This document shows, one piece after another, positions 1 to 11,891 of a DNA stretch of 56,198 nt. A program made the translations under genes and the position numbers. The stretch spans positions 124,001 through 180,198 of the forward strand of contig JBFLGF010000003.1 in NCBI GenBank assembly GCA_050230475.1, in the 5' to 3' direction. The notes under the pieces were generated by a model. That model was not told the DNA's origin, ran no database searches, and worked only from the letters and a program-made list of their open reading frames with translations. The stretch's first letter is position 1; each line of letters begins with the position of its first letter. The DNA is from Ancylonema sp. (taxonomy: Eukaryota).

Positions 1-45
1 AAATTGTTTGCAATTCGAAAGATTTGGCCATTTGTGCCATGCGGG

Positions 46-589
46 CAGCATTGTGCGCAAGTCCTAATCCGGGCTACGTCCCACCCCCACCCCCGAACAC
101 CAGCCCGTTTCTCCGACCGTGTCAAAAAGGGCATGAAACCCGGGTTGGGGGGATCCAGCCCGTGTTGGGGAGGGCCAACCCGGGTTCACCAATTCTGACT
201 CCACTAACCCGGGTTGGGAGGAACCGTACCCAAATTGGGTGATCCATCCCGGGCTGGACGCAGGCTGAGTGAAGCCCGGCACGTGCGAAAACAAATTGCT
301 ATTTGTACATGGATTATGGTTATTATTGTCACGTGTGACAAGCGTCATATTTATGACATGTATGACTCAGCACGACACGGCGTACTTCTTTCGGGGTAAC
401 AAGTTCATGTTCGATATTTTCATGAGAAAATGAATATTTTCGCGATTATTTTTTATATCCCAACCCCATCCAACAAACCCAACCTGGGTTGGGTTTGTGA
501 GAGGTTGGTGAAGGGTTGCAATTGGGTTCGGGAGTTGTGTGTAACCCCCAACCCCAATCCCACGGGATTTGGGGTTGCGCACAATGCTC
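46..589. mobile_element. hAT-like MITE (non-autonomous DNA transposon)
   Basis: Perfect 14-bp TIR agcattgtgcgcaa (47-60) / ttgcgcacaatgct (575-588); identical 8-bp flanking direct repeat catgcggg (38-45 and 590-597); left end begins CAG; interior has AACCCGGGTT palindromes and no recognisable coding capacity. Confidence 0.85.
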
Positions 590-796
590 CATGCGGGGCG
601 ATCGCACAGGATTGCACGGGGTTGTTTTTAATCGAGAGGAAGGCAATAGTGTTCTTGTAGTGCTCTAATGCCATAACAGAGCTCTAACTTGCCGCGTCAA
701 TTTAGCCAAAATGGTTGTTTGTCGCCAAAGCGGCTCCACCAACATGGTGCGTTGGACATGGTCGTGTCCACCACAGCGTATTGGTCGTATTTCAAC

Positions 797-1292
797 TAGG
801 GTCGTGAATATTACGTAATTCCCTATCCGGGTGTAAGAATTACTGCGTATCTTGCCCAATTATCATGAAATCGCGCAGTGGTGTAAAAATCCCTCGTCGG
901 GCTCATCATGAGCCCGACTAAAAATTTGCGTAAGCGTAAGGCGTAATCACGCAAAGTTTACAAAGGCATGAACCGCGAAACATCTGGCGGTCCGGCGGCT
1001 GTTATCGAACTTCATTGTTAAAAGCGACACACATATCGACATCTGTTGTGGAGTATCCAACCTTACTCTCCATGCATGTACAACACTATCTACATTAAAG
1101 TACGATGTTGTACATTAACAATACTATTTTGTGCACTTGTTTGTATGTTCAATGAATAAATGTAAGAAATATTACGCATTCACCGAAATCAGCTATTTCG
1201 ACCATGTAATAACGTAAAGAAGACATTCGCGTAATCGGTAAACCTGACGTAAAACCAAGTCATTGCATCAGTAAATTTCGTTTACGACCTCA
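797..1292. mobile_element. Possible degenerate hAT-like MITE
   Basis: Imperfect TIR tagggtcgtgaa (797-808) vs ttacgacctca at the right end; many cgtaa/ttacg subterminal motifs; no convincing TSD. Confidence 0.3.
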
Positions 1293-1309
1293 ATTCGTAT
1301 CGTATTAGT

Positions 1310-1427
1310 AGAGAATTGTATATGATTGAAAAACGACGACAACCCTATCTCATTACAAGAACGTGCTTGTAAAGAAACTACATATCCTAAAAACGACAAA
1401 TATATGAGCCGATCGTACTAGACAAAA
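1310..1427 (+). repeat. ~118-bp dispersed segment, copy 1 (upstream of NDUFS1)
   Basis: Closely matches 10979-11097; contains hairpin ttacaag-aacgtg-cttgtaa (1353-1372). Confidence 0.85.
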
Positions 1428-1862
1428 CAGTAAAAGTAACGCTCACAACCCTAATTTCAACTTGTCGGACACGCTGCGACGTGCACACTCCCCGCGTCCG
1501 GCACGTCGTGACGGCGCCGTGACGGTCGAAGTTTGAGCCCGTAATCGACACGTCATGCCCGAGTCGGGCATCCCGACACGGCGACACAGCTCCTTCTAAC
1601 CTCCTTTTGACATTTATCTGTATAACGGGTTTATTTGCTGTACTGGATAACTTATCGTGTCCTATCGTGACACTGTCTCGGACACGCTGAGTCGGGAGGT
1701 CGAGGAGCTACAACTGCAAAGATATACAAAGTGTTTCATCTGCAGCAATATTTTAGTACCAGTAATCAGTGAGATCTGACCATTTCTGTCCTACATTCGA
1801 TCGTTTCCCACTTCATATATTCAGCAGGTCACTCCGTCATTTACCTTGTAAACCTGATTACG

Positions 1863-4800
1863 ATGCACCGCAAGGTACTGCCTGTCGCCAGGCAGGCAGC
1901 TGCTGCCTTGCAGAAGACACTCTCTGCTAGCAAAGATGGGTCTGCAAAAGCATGTCGAGCTTTCAGCGCTGCTCCTGCCGCCCAACAGGATCTGATAGAG
2001 GTGTTCGTGGATGGCACCCCTGTGAAGATTCCCAAGGGCGCTACGGTTCTTCATGCATGCGATGCGGTTGGAATTGAGATCCCGAGATTCTGCTATCATC
2101 ACAGGTTATCCATCGCAGGAAATTGCCGAATGTGCCTGGTCGAAGTCGAGAAGTCTCCCAAACCCCAGGCTTCTTGCGCCATGCCAGCGATGCCAGGCAT
2201 GAGAATCAAGACAAACACGCCAATGGTGAAAAAGGCTCGGGAGGGCGTGATGGAGTTTTTGCTCCTCAATCATCCGCTAGACTGTCCCATCTGCGACCAA
2301 GGAGGAGAGTGCGACTTGCAGGATCAAGCGATGATCTATGGCTCCGACAGGGGGCGCTTTGTGGACTACAAGCGCACAGTAGAGGACAAGAATCTCGGGC
2401 CACTGGTGAAAACAGTTATGACTCGCTGTATCCACTGCACCCGGTGTGTCAGATTCGCGAAGGAGGTGGCTGGGGTGGAGGACTTAGGTATGACAGGACG
2501 AGGCCGAGATTCGGAGATTGGACCATACATCGAGAGATTGCTGGTCAGCGAGCTGAGTGGAAACGTGATCGATCTATGCCCCGAGGGCGCTCTCACCTCC
2601 AAGCCTTACGCGTTCACGGCTCGGAACTGGGAGTTGAAAGCCACAGAGTCCATCGATGTGTCTGACAGTATTGGGGCGAATATCCGGGTGGACAGCAGGG
2701 GTTCAGAAGTCATGAGAATCCTTCCGAGGCTCAACGAAGATGTGAGACCTGCGACCTGCGACCTGTGACCCGCGTGTGCCGATTAAAGATGATGGTCGAA
2801 TAACATCTGAGTCCTATGGGAGTCCCCTTTTCGCTGGATCAGCTCGGCTCGCTGTGTTGGGATGGTGTCAGCGTGAATGGCATCAAGGGTTGAAATTGCT
2901 GGTGACTGACTGACTCTGGCAGGACAGAAAGTCGTCGATATAATTTGCATGTGAACACATTCCGCTTCATGTGTTTGTGTGCAGGTAAACGAGGAGTGGC
3001 TCACAGATAAAGGTCGTTTCTGGTACGATGGCTTGAAACGCCAGCGCCTGTTTGCACCAATGGTGCGCTCCGACTTGACTGGTCGGCTGGAGGTTTCAAG
3101 CTGGCCAGAGGCTCTGGCGGCAGTCTCAGAGGCTTTCAAGAATGTGAAGGGCACGGAGATGATGGCTATCGCGGGAAATCTTGCGGATGCGGAGGCCCTC
3201 ATAGCTCTCAAAGACCTGATGACCAGACTCGGGTGCAACAAGCTGGCAGTGGAGGGCGAGTGGGCTGGACTCGATGCGGACCTGAGGACACAGTACCTGC
3301 TCAACACAGGAATCGCGAATGTGGAGGATGCTGACGTGGCACTGTTGGTGGGAACGGACCTGAGGTCTGAAGCGCCTCTGCTCAATACCCGCCTCAGGAA
3401 GGCGGCAGTGGCGGGGAGGCTGAAGGTCGCAAGCATTGGAGCTCCAGTGGATTTGACCTACCCCGTGGAGCAGCTCGGAGAGACAGGGAGTACCCTCTTG
3501 GCGTTGGCAGAGGGGAGGCACAAGTTTGCAACCACTCTGGGTCGCGCCAAGAGGCCGTTGGTCATCGTTGGGGCCGGCCTGCTGAAGAGAGCCGACCGAG
3601 ACAGCATCCTGGCAGCTCTGCAAATCATCACCGAGCAAGTGAGGGGGCTCAACTCATCATCATCATCATCGCGCACTCTACTCCTCAATCCACATTCTTC
3701 GCAAAAATTGATGAAATATGATCAACTGTTTTCGGAAGAAACGTGTGAATGTTGCATGTCAACGTGTTCAGAATGTATCGGTTGTTAGGACAAGGCTATG
3801 AGGGGCCCTGTTCCGACGGATTGGTCCCTTTGTGTGGTACCCAGGGCAAGGTGGTGAAGGAGGGGTGGAATGGATACAATCTGCTCCATCAGGCAGCTGG
3901 ACGTGTGGCTGCTCTGGACATTGGCTTCCTCTCTGGACCGCAAGCCGCCTTCAACAAGTGAGCGCTGCCTCTCCTATACTCGTCCACTCCATACCGCATT
4001 TGCGACCTGCAAGATGTCGCAGGACACTGTTGTTGCCTCTGTGACCAAACCTGTCCTGCTGGTCTGCTGGTCTGCTGGTCTGCTGAAGCCATTGCTGCGG
4101 AACACTGTTGTGTTCTACAGGGAGGCAGTGAAGCTTGTGTACCTGATGGGTGCGGACGACGTGAGCGCAGAGGACATCCCAGAGGGAGCCTTTGTCATCT
4201 ACCAGGTGCCAACAGATGCCCCATGGATATGTGGATATGTGGATATGTGGATATGTGGATATGTGGATATGTGGATATGTGGATATGTGGATATGTGGAT
4301 ATGTGGATATGTGGATATGTGGATATGTGGATATGTGGATATGTGGATATGTGGATATGTGGATATGTGGATATTTGGATATTTGGATATGTGGATATGT
4401 GGATATGTGGATATGCGTATTTCTTAAAAAATGTCTTCCATGGAAAACAAATATCTCCGGCAATCAAGGAACACGGTTGCGATTTTGTGGTTTTCTCGTT
4501 CGCTAATGCTGGGATGTAGTCTACATGGTGATACCACACACAACCTGTTCATCTGGTTGTCGCCTTGCACTCCAGGGTCACCACGGAGATAAGGGTGCGA
4601 GCTTAGCAAACATCATCCTGCCTGGAGCTGCCTTCACGGAAAAGGTATCAGATACGTCCCACCCACCCCCACTACCAAAGTGGGGAGACTCAAGCCTACT
4701 GCTGGCAGCCGCTCGTAGCAATTCCAGGAACAGGTGTTAGGTTTAAGAAAAAAACCCTTCTCCCTCCGCAGCTGAGGCTGTGGTGCTCAAAATGCTTCAA

Positions 4801-5623
4801 GTGTGTCGTTTGGAGTCAATCATCCGGGGGCAGACCTGACGTTGCTGGCGCTCGATCTGTTGGGGCGTGCAGGAAGGCACGTATGTGAACGCAGAGGGCC
4901 GCGTGCAGCAGACTCGGAAGGCGGTTCCCGTGGTGGGGGGGTCCAGAGACGACTGGAAGATTGTGCGGGCAGTGTCTGAAGTTGTGGGGGCCAGGTGAGG
5001 GACTGCACCTGCTTTCAAACAAGCGCAAACACACACACACACACACTGTTGCTGTTGCTGTTGCTTTGCTGTATATCTTCACTTTATATGTCTCAGAGGA
5101 GATAGCAGCAGGGCTGGGCTGGGCTGGAGTGGGCACTGAGCATCCGAGGCTGGGTGTGTGGGTGGTGGCAGTCTCCCCTACGACACAGTGAACGCGGTGC
5201 GTGCGCGGTTAACAGAGGTGGCTCCGCATCTCGTCCACCTGGATGAGGTGGAGGAGTCGAGCTGGGTGGGGGGGAACCAAAAATACGGAGTGCTGCAAGA
5301 CTCGCCCTTCCACAAACTGGTCAGCGCTCTCTCACTGCCACTGCCTCCGCCTCATTGCTAAATCTGTAAAACTAGTCACCGAGTGCTTGATACAGATCGT
5401 GAAGTGGACCACAGTGGGGAATAGGGTGCATATAAAGAGCAAGGCTGGGAGGGTAACACAATCCAGATGTTGAAAGCGTGAAACGGTTGGGTTCTTTTTT
5501 GAGATGCAGATCCCCAACTTCTACATGACAGACGCCATCAGTCGTGCGTCCCAAACCATGGCGAAGTGTACGGCGGCAAAGGAGAAGCAGTCGGAGGTGA
5601 ACATGATGTACCACATCCAATAA
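1863..5623 (+). CDS. NDUFS1: NADH:ubiquinone oxidoreductase 75-kDa Fe-S subunit (NuoG/Nad11), mitochondrial precursor; 8 exons, 727 aa
   Basis: Exons 1863-2741, 2985-3638, 3845-3957, 4121-4205, 4576-4644, 4873-4994, 5172-5319, 5510-5623, all GT-AG and in phase (2184 nt). Motifs [69 protein letters not shown]; Ala/Arg/Ser-rich N-terminal presequence. Confidence 0.97.
4225..4414 (+). repeat. Octamer microsatellite (ggatatgt)~23 in NDUFS1 intron 4
   Basis: Direct reading; two ggatattt variant units. Confidence 0.95.
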
Positions 5624-8600
5624 GGGAGAACGATTGCGGGGAGCGCAGGCGCTACCGCAGGCGCTACCGCAGCCAATGATCTGCACCTAAACTGAGTCAG
5701 CAAATGTAGGCTATGACATTACTGACTGACTCGATTCAATTTGGAGAAGTTGAGGAGGGTAGAAAAGATAAATGTGGTGCGATTCAATGCTTCGATTGAG
5801 AAACAGAAGCAACACAGATAGGAGATGACACAAATCGAGATGATAGGTAACTCTACCAGCTACGAGTAATACAAGACGAGGTACACTTGTTTGCACACAT
5901 GCGAAGGTCTGTAGTGTTGGATTCAGTGTTTACACTTTTTGGAGTCTTAGTAGCTGTGAGTGAGGACATTTATAGGGGCTTTGGACTTCAAGCTTTATAT
6001 TAATATATTGCGCTGTAAAATTATCCCCATCATAGCTGCACGTTGCCCCTCTTCCACGTCCTGAGTGATGGTCAGTCCTAGGATCGGATCTTGGCCCGTG
6101 GTCGGCCCTTTTGGTTGCACAAAGGGTCCGTTTTCTGCAAAAAGATACTAGGAATCTTAATTTGGAAAGCAAATTGACATTGTGAGCTGAAAACGTCCAA
6201 CACACACATAAAATGTGACGTGTTATATTTATGGGGATTAAAAAAATTAGTGAGCAAATTAAACGAAGACAAAACGGTGTTGTGCCGGCAAGAACTTCCA
6301 TATCACACACTAGAGGTGACAAGTTAAGATTTGAGGTGGTTTACGGTCGACATGTTGTATGTGTACCGTATCGTGCAATCATTCGCAATCGCACAATTAA
6401 ATGCACGAAATCGTGCATTGCTAACGGACAGGTAGTGGATTGGAGGAAAAAGAAAACACGATTTTCGGAAGAAAAAAAAGACTTACCAATGAAAACAACG
6501 CATGGATTCTCAATTCTTAGAATCGAACCCAACAACCCTCCGAGATAATCTGGAAACAAAAACTACGGCAAAGATAAGAAGCAAAAGTACCTTCTATTGA
6601 CTAACCAACAAGAGCAAATCAAGTAGATGATGTGAAGCAATTGGATTGTATATTCGAAGAAGTGCAACCGCATAACATATAAGAAGGCAAATGGTTTGGT
6701 GTACGTATTATATATCTTCTCTTTCAGAAAACATGGATAATTATCCACGCAATCGCACATCACACTTACATGCGCCTTCAACCAATTGGGTGTTTTCCCG
6801 CCAGTTCGAGGCTTTATATGGTCGAAAATGTTAGTTTTCCGACGCAAACCAAGTTCACATCCATATATTTTGTCACGGACGAGGTCTTGGGTGGATTACA
6901 CGAATGATAGGTACGTTCTACCCTTATTCTCGACCGGCATGATGATGGACTCATTTTTGGATATTCTATTGGATTTAGTTTTGTATAAATACGTTTAAAA
7001 AACCTTTCGTTTTTATATGTGCACGTTACGGTGTGTGATAAGTGGTTTTGGCTGGACATAAGGATATTGTGCGATGACCATGGTGACCGTTAAGCTCGTC
7101 GCAATGTCGTCATAGTCAAAAATCCATGCGACAAAGGGAGCATATTCCATAAATAATATGTAGTCCCCTTGCAATATGTATCGATGTGAATCATGTCCTA
7201 CCACTGAGTGTGGGATAACTATCTACCTCAAGTAATGCTACGATATTGACAGTTTCTTGTTTCTTTGGCGATATACAATTACTTTCAGCCTTATTTAACG
7301 AGTGGAACCATGCTTCAAAAACGAAATTTGATTACCTTCAGCCCAACCGATCAAGTGGAATCATGTTGAGTTTACGAATTTCATTGATTCGCTCTATGAC
7401 ATGCACTTCAAAGGTTCTGAACTCCTAAGAGGCTAAAACAATGCATCTACGTGTTGGGTCTCAGTTGGATTTGGGACCGAATCCGGGTCATGGACGGAAT
7501 CTTGGCCTGACCTATGCAACTATAACCCTCGTACATATCTCAATCCAATCTCTTCGGGCTACCAATTTTTTCAATGTGCACTATCATAAGTGAGAGCGAG
7601 TCAATGCACTAGATTTCGCACTCCATACGACACAAGTTCTAAATAAATAGAGAACTCCATAAAAACAGTTGCGAAGACAATTTGCACCACACACTACATT
7701 ATGAGCTAAACATAGCAACAACCCATGACGTCATCACGAGTGACGCTTCAACACTTACTTTTGAAAAGAAATCATTGCACAAATTGTGATACACTTCATG
7801 GTGCAGCAGTCTGGATGTAATTGGAGCGGCATGCAACGAGAAGAAGAACGCTATAGGATATCGACTCCAGCCTTGGCTTTCGGAAGTCACGTATTGTGTT
7901 TTATCATTTGATGTCGATATGTATGCGGCTGCACTCTTAAAGATTGTGGCAGCTCACCCTTAGGTGTGTTGCACTCAGTGCATCGCATAGTTAAGATGCA
8001 TTCATACACTCGCAAATATTTCAGATCTGCGAACAATACGTTTCTTGAGTGGGCACTGGAGAGGATCGTGTTTGATCACAAAATTGCACCCTTAGATCGT
8101 AACCACTCCTTCACTTTCTCGACGTTCTTCTCCATTTCTTCCACAGAATTGCTAGGTAGAGCAAGAACAATTTCTTCTCGGTAGCTCTCCCGAGCCTCCT
8201 CTAGTAAAACTTGCATGATTTCGCATTCCATGTTATCCCGAAGTTTCCTGCCCGAGTATCCCCTGCATCATCACCAGACAGCCCCACACATCATGCTGCT
8301 GGCAAACAGGGCCATGAAATCGATGTCTTAAGCGATGCCATATCTGCAGACGGCAACAAGCGCAAATTGAGGTAGAGGACTTGGGAGGCACAACACAAGG
8401 TCGAGAACAACCGACCAACCGACCAACCGACCAACAGACCTGTCGGTGAGGCGGTCATAGAGGACCGAGTTGTCTGCTTGTAGAACCACCACCAAGTCAA
8501 ACCAGCGTTCTGGAAAAAAGTCGCAGCTATGATGGTCTACAACAGCACCTCCCTTGCTCATCCTTTCTTCCAACTCATCAAGAAGCTGCAGAGGCAGAAC

Positions 8601-10555
8601 GGGTAATGAGGACCTTGGTCGTTCGCAATCAAACCCCGTGGTCTCCTCGACTCTGATGATGGATCTTCTCCACTCTTGTATGTGAACCGAAAATAAACTT
8701 ATTTGAGCCTGAGTAGGTTCAGTATTACATTTTTAAAGGGTCAGGAAAGTACCTTGTCCTCGTTCATGATATAGCTCTGGTACTCATCGTCCCATCCATC
8801 ATGCAGCTCTTTCTCTTTGACTAAGTCACCGACGTTGATATGAGTTAAGCCAGTATCAGTGCATAACAGTGCGCAAGTCGAAGATTTTCCTGTCCCCGGA
8901 GTTCCAGTGACCAGGATGTTCGGAAGTTTTGCCAGCATGGGGACGTCTGCACAGTGAGATGAATTGCTTGTATCAGAGACAGGATTTCCCATGAAACGTG
9001 GTCACTTTGTTATGGTACGGCGGGTGCTCCCCATTGCATTCAAAGTCCTGTGAGTAGTCCCAAGTGCGGATGAAGTAGACACTAGCGTTCAGCGAGCAAG
9101 GCGGTGCGCGAAGCGCCTATCGTACAGTATACCCTACAGCAAGTCCGCGATTTCCAGGCCAAAGTCACTGCGATCTATCTTCTGAGGCCCGCATCTGAAA
9201 CGAAGTTTGCGAGCCAGTTGAGGGAGATCTCCAGACGCCGTGACTCTGCTACCAGTTGCGTGAGACAGCGCCCCGAGACGCCGTCTCCGTCGGAAACTCT
9301 CCGATACGACGAGACTGCGAGACGGTCCGACACGGCTTGTTTCACGGCCGATACGACCCGTGTCCCGTATCCAGTGGCAAAAGAATTTCAATCAGCGGAA
9401 AGATATCGCGATATCAAAGAGAACACTCGAGAGACCTCGTCAAGTCCGGGGCACGGGTAGGCGTCCGCGGCCCGATCCAACTACATGTATGCCATTAATC
9501 AATGCCCGTGATGGCACTGTTCATGTTCGTCGCCACCTTCCGGTGTATCGAAATAATTTTCGAAAAACACTCCCCAAAGGAACCTGCAATACCTGGAAGC
9601 TTTATTTACGACATTCGCGATGTATTTTCAGATGTCGTACCATCTGGCGTCGTGCTCATGTCTCACGTGCGAATGATTGCATGTAACGAATATTGCCGAT
9701 ATATGCATTTCACACGTGCGAATTGCGACATTTCGTTACACACGAATGTATCCTTATGAAGCATGACCAAGTCGAGGTCGGATACACATTCACATTCGAT
9801 TCTCATAAGCCATTGTAATCCATCACAAGTGTCGACTTAATGGCAAAATGCCACACCGACATTACCGCTAATGCATTACTAGCCAAGTATTTCCTATGGC
9901 TACGTCATACATGTTACTAGAAGAGCTAGATGCAATGCATATCCGAAGTAGAGCATATTCTAACACATAGTAGCATTGCCGGCTTCCGCCATTGATCGCT
10001 CATGATACATCAAGGACAAGAGGTATCTATCACATATTTGTCTCTATCGGAATATATTCTCAAGACACCGCATCTTCCTACGTGTGTGTCCTTTGTTATA
10101 GTGTAGTGGGTGCAACAAGTGATGTGTTCCTTCGTCTGCTCAGTCACGTGCTGCCTGTACGCCTTGTGTTAGAGTCTAGCGAATATGGTGCCGTAAATGG
10201 CGGCGAAATCATAACGTTTAGTTAACTAAGGCCTTCGGTCGTTAATCGAAACTTAAGAACCAGAGATACGTTCTGACAAGACACATGTCAAATGGAATAA
10301 CTTCGTTCACTACCCACTCATGTGCCAAACACGGCTAAACGACCGCAAATGCCGTAACGCTTTAATTCTATCGTATACGCACATTTCGATGTTATAGGCG
10401 CATTTCACCGTATAAGCACCTTTCACTATGTAAGCATAACAAACCGAATTAAGCGCATTTTACTTAATCAGGCATATTCTCTTGTATAAGCTACGACTCT
10501 CACCATACAAGCACACGAGTGTTTATAGTTCGACACATATTATAATCTAGACATT
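5279..10555 (+). repeat. 5277-bp segment repeated at 13352-18628 (copy 1)
   Basis: ORF track identical at offset +8073; one mismatch noticed (10527 a vs 18600 t). Confidence 0.95.
8076..8938 (-). CDS. AK6: Adenylate kinase isoenzyme 6 / Fap7 / hCINAP homolog; 3 exons, 172 aa
   Basis: Exons 8938-8753, 8585-8440, 8262-8076 (519 nt). [14 protein letters not shown]-loop, [28 protein letters not shown]...KL.DN.ECEIMQV..EEARESY. An in-frame ATG also exists at 8992. Confidence 0.95.
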
Positions 10556-10978
10556 CGTCAACCCCACCTCACCTCGACACCACACCAACACTGACATGAA
10601 CCAGTTATAGTCACTTGCGAATGAGCTTGTGAAGTCCCATGATAATACTCGTCCCATGGTAATACTCGTCATCGGCACACTCGTTGTTGGCATAGCCGCG
10701 TTATGGGCACCAAAATCGTGTGAGCCGACTTTTCCTTGCCAAAGCGTCTTCGTTATAGGCACGAGCATATAACGTTATAGGCACACAAAAATGGATGTCG
10801 TGCCGTTTGACATCGTGTCTCATTCCCACGTGCACGATCGAATATTGTCCGACAAGGACAATTCTGTGCCTATAATGAGTTATAATGTCATAATACTTGG
10901 TGACGTGGAAATGGAACCGGGGTAAAAATCGACGCACTGAATCTACTTAGTTTTTTATAATGAGAGTGGTCGTAATGG

Positions 10979-11097
10979 AGAGAATTGTATATTATTGAAA
11001 AACGACGGGAACCCAATCTCATTACAAGAACGTGCTTGTAAAGAAACTACGTATCCTAAAAAACGACAAACATTCGAGCCGATCGTACTAGACAAAA
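10979..11097 (+). repeat. ~118-bp dispersed segment, copy 2, inside a ~285-bp block specific to the epsin-B upstream region
   Basis: Matches 1310-1427; block ~10972-11255 is absent from the homologous flank near 18958. Confidence 0.85.
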
Positions 11098-11891
11098 TCT
11101 GCAGGAATATGCAACTCCGAAGAAGAAAGTGGAACGCGCGGTGGTGGAAGAGGTAACAAGGCCATAGATTGCTCTAGACGTAGGGTTCTAGCATGTATCG
11201 CATGCAGGGCCCTTATTCTGCACACTCTCTAGATCACAATGAATTTTGTACTAATTCACACGCCAATCGGCCAATATGTCGAAATTGCATGACAAAAAAA
11301 GCACACCGACATGACAGACGACGTTCCCGTGATCTGGGAGCAAAAGTTTGGATTTCCCTCGTTACAGACCTATCTGACCTGAAGGCCCCTAGCAAGCGTT
11401 CCTGTAACGCAAATACTTGTAACGGACTCAACCACGTTATAAACATATGTTTCCCTTGTCCCAAAGGTGTGCTTATAACGATTATTGAATGTCCTTATAC
11501 ATGATCGTGATTGGGTTGAAGATGTAGACGTCGATCTTTATTGCGCCCGGTTGGCAAGCTGTCGGCCATTTAAGAGCACTGAGAGAGCGAACCGTTGCTA
11601 GGGTGCTTTGCCAGCTGTCCAGCATTCAAACCTGTCATTTAATCGCAGCTGTAGTACTGGAATAAAGTCGCTTCCGTCTCTGACATCAGCGGAAGGCACA
11701 TTCGGAGGGTACGCTTGCACAAGTCGATAAGGAAGGACGAGACAGTCGCTTCTGTCTACGTGTAGGGCTGAAAATAGTTACGTTATTTGGAGATTTTATA
11801 TTTCTTGTCTGACGACTCCAGGAGTTTGGTTTCGTATTTTATGAACACCACCAGTACTACACGTATTTATTTTATCGTATAAGCAGCAGCC

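Noticed and set aside
4225..4414. Possible CRISPR array or telomeric repeat
   Set aside because: Pure tandem 8-mer with no spacers, internal to an intron, and not a TTTAGGG-type unit.
3870..4539. ORFs with repeating WICGYVDM / HIHISTYP peptides
   Set aside because: Translations of the intronic octamer microsatellite; only 4121-4205 is exon.
5930..7900. Short ORFs between NDUFS1 and AK6 as a transposase remnant
   Set aside because: No recognisable motifs, TIRs or TSD found by eye.
9104..9759. Overlapping 80-118 aa ORFs upstream of AK6
   Set aside because: Arise from repeated gagac motifs; no homology or splice support.
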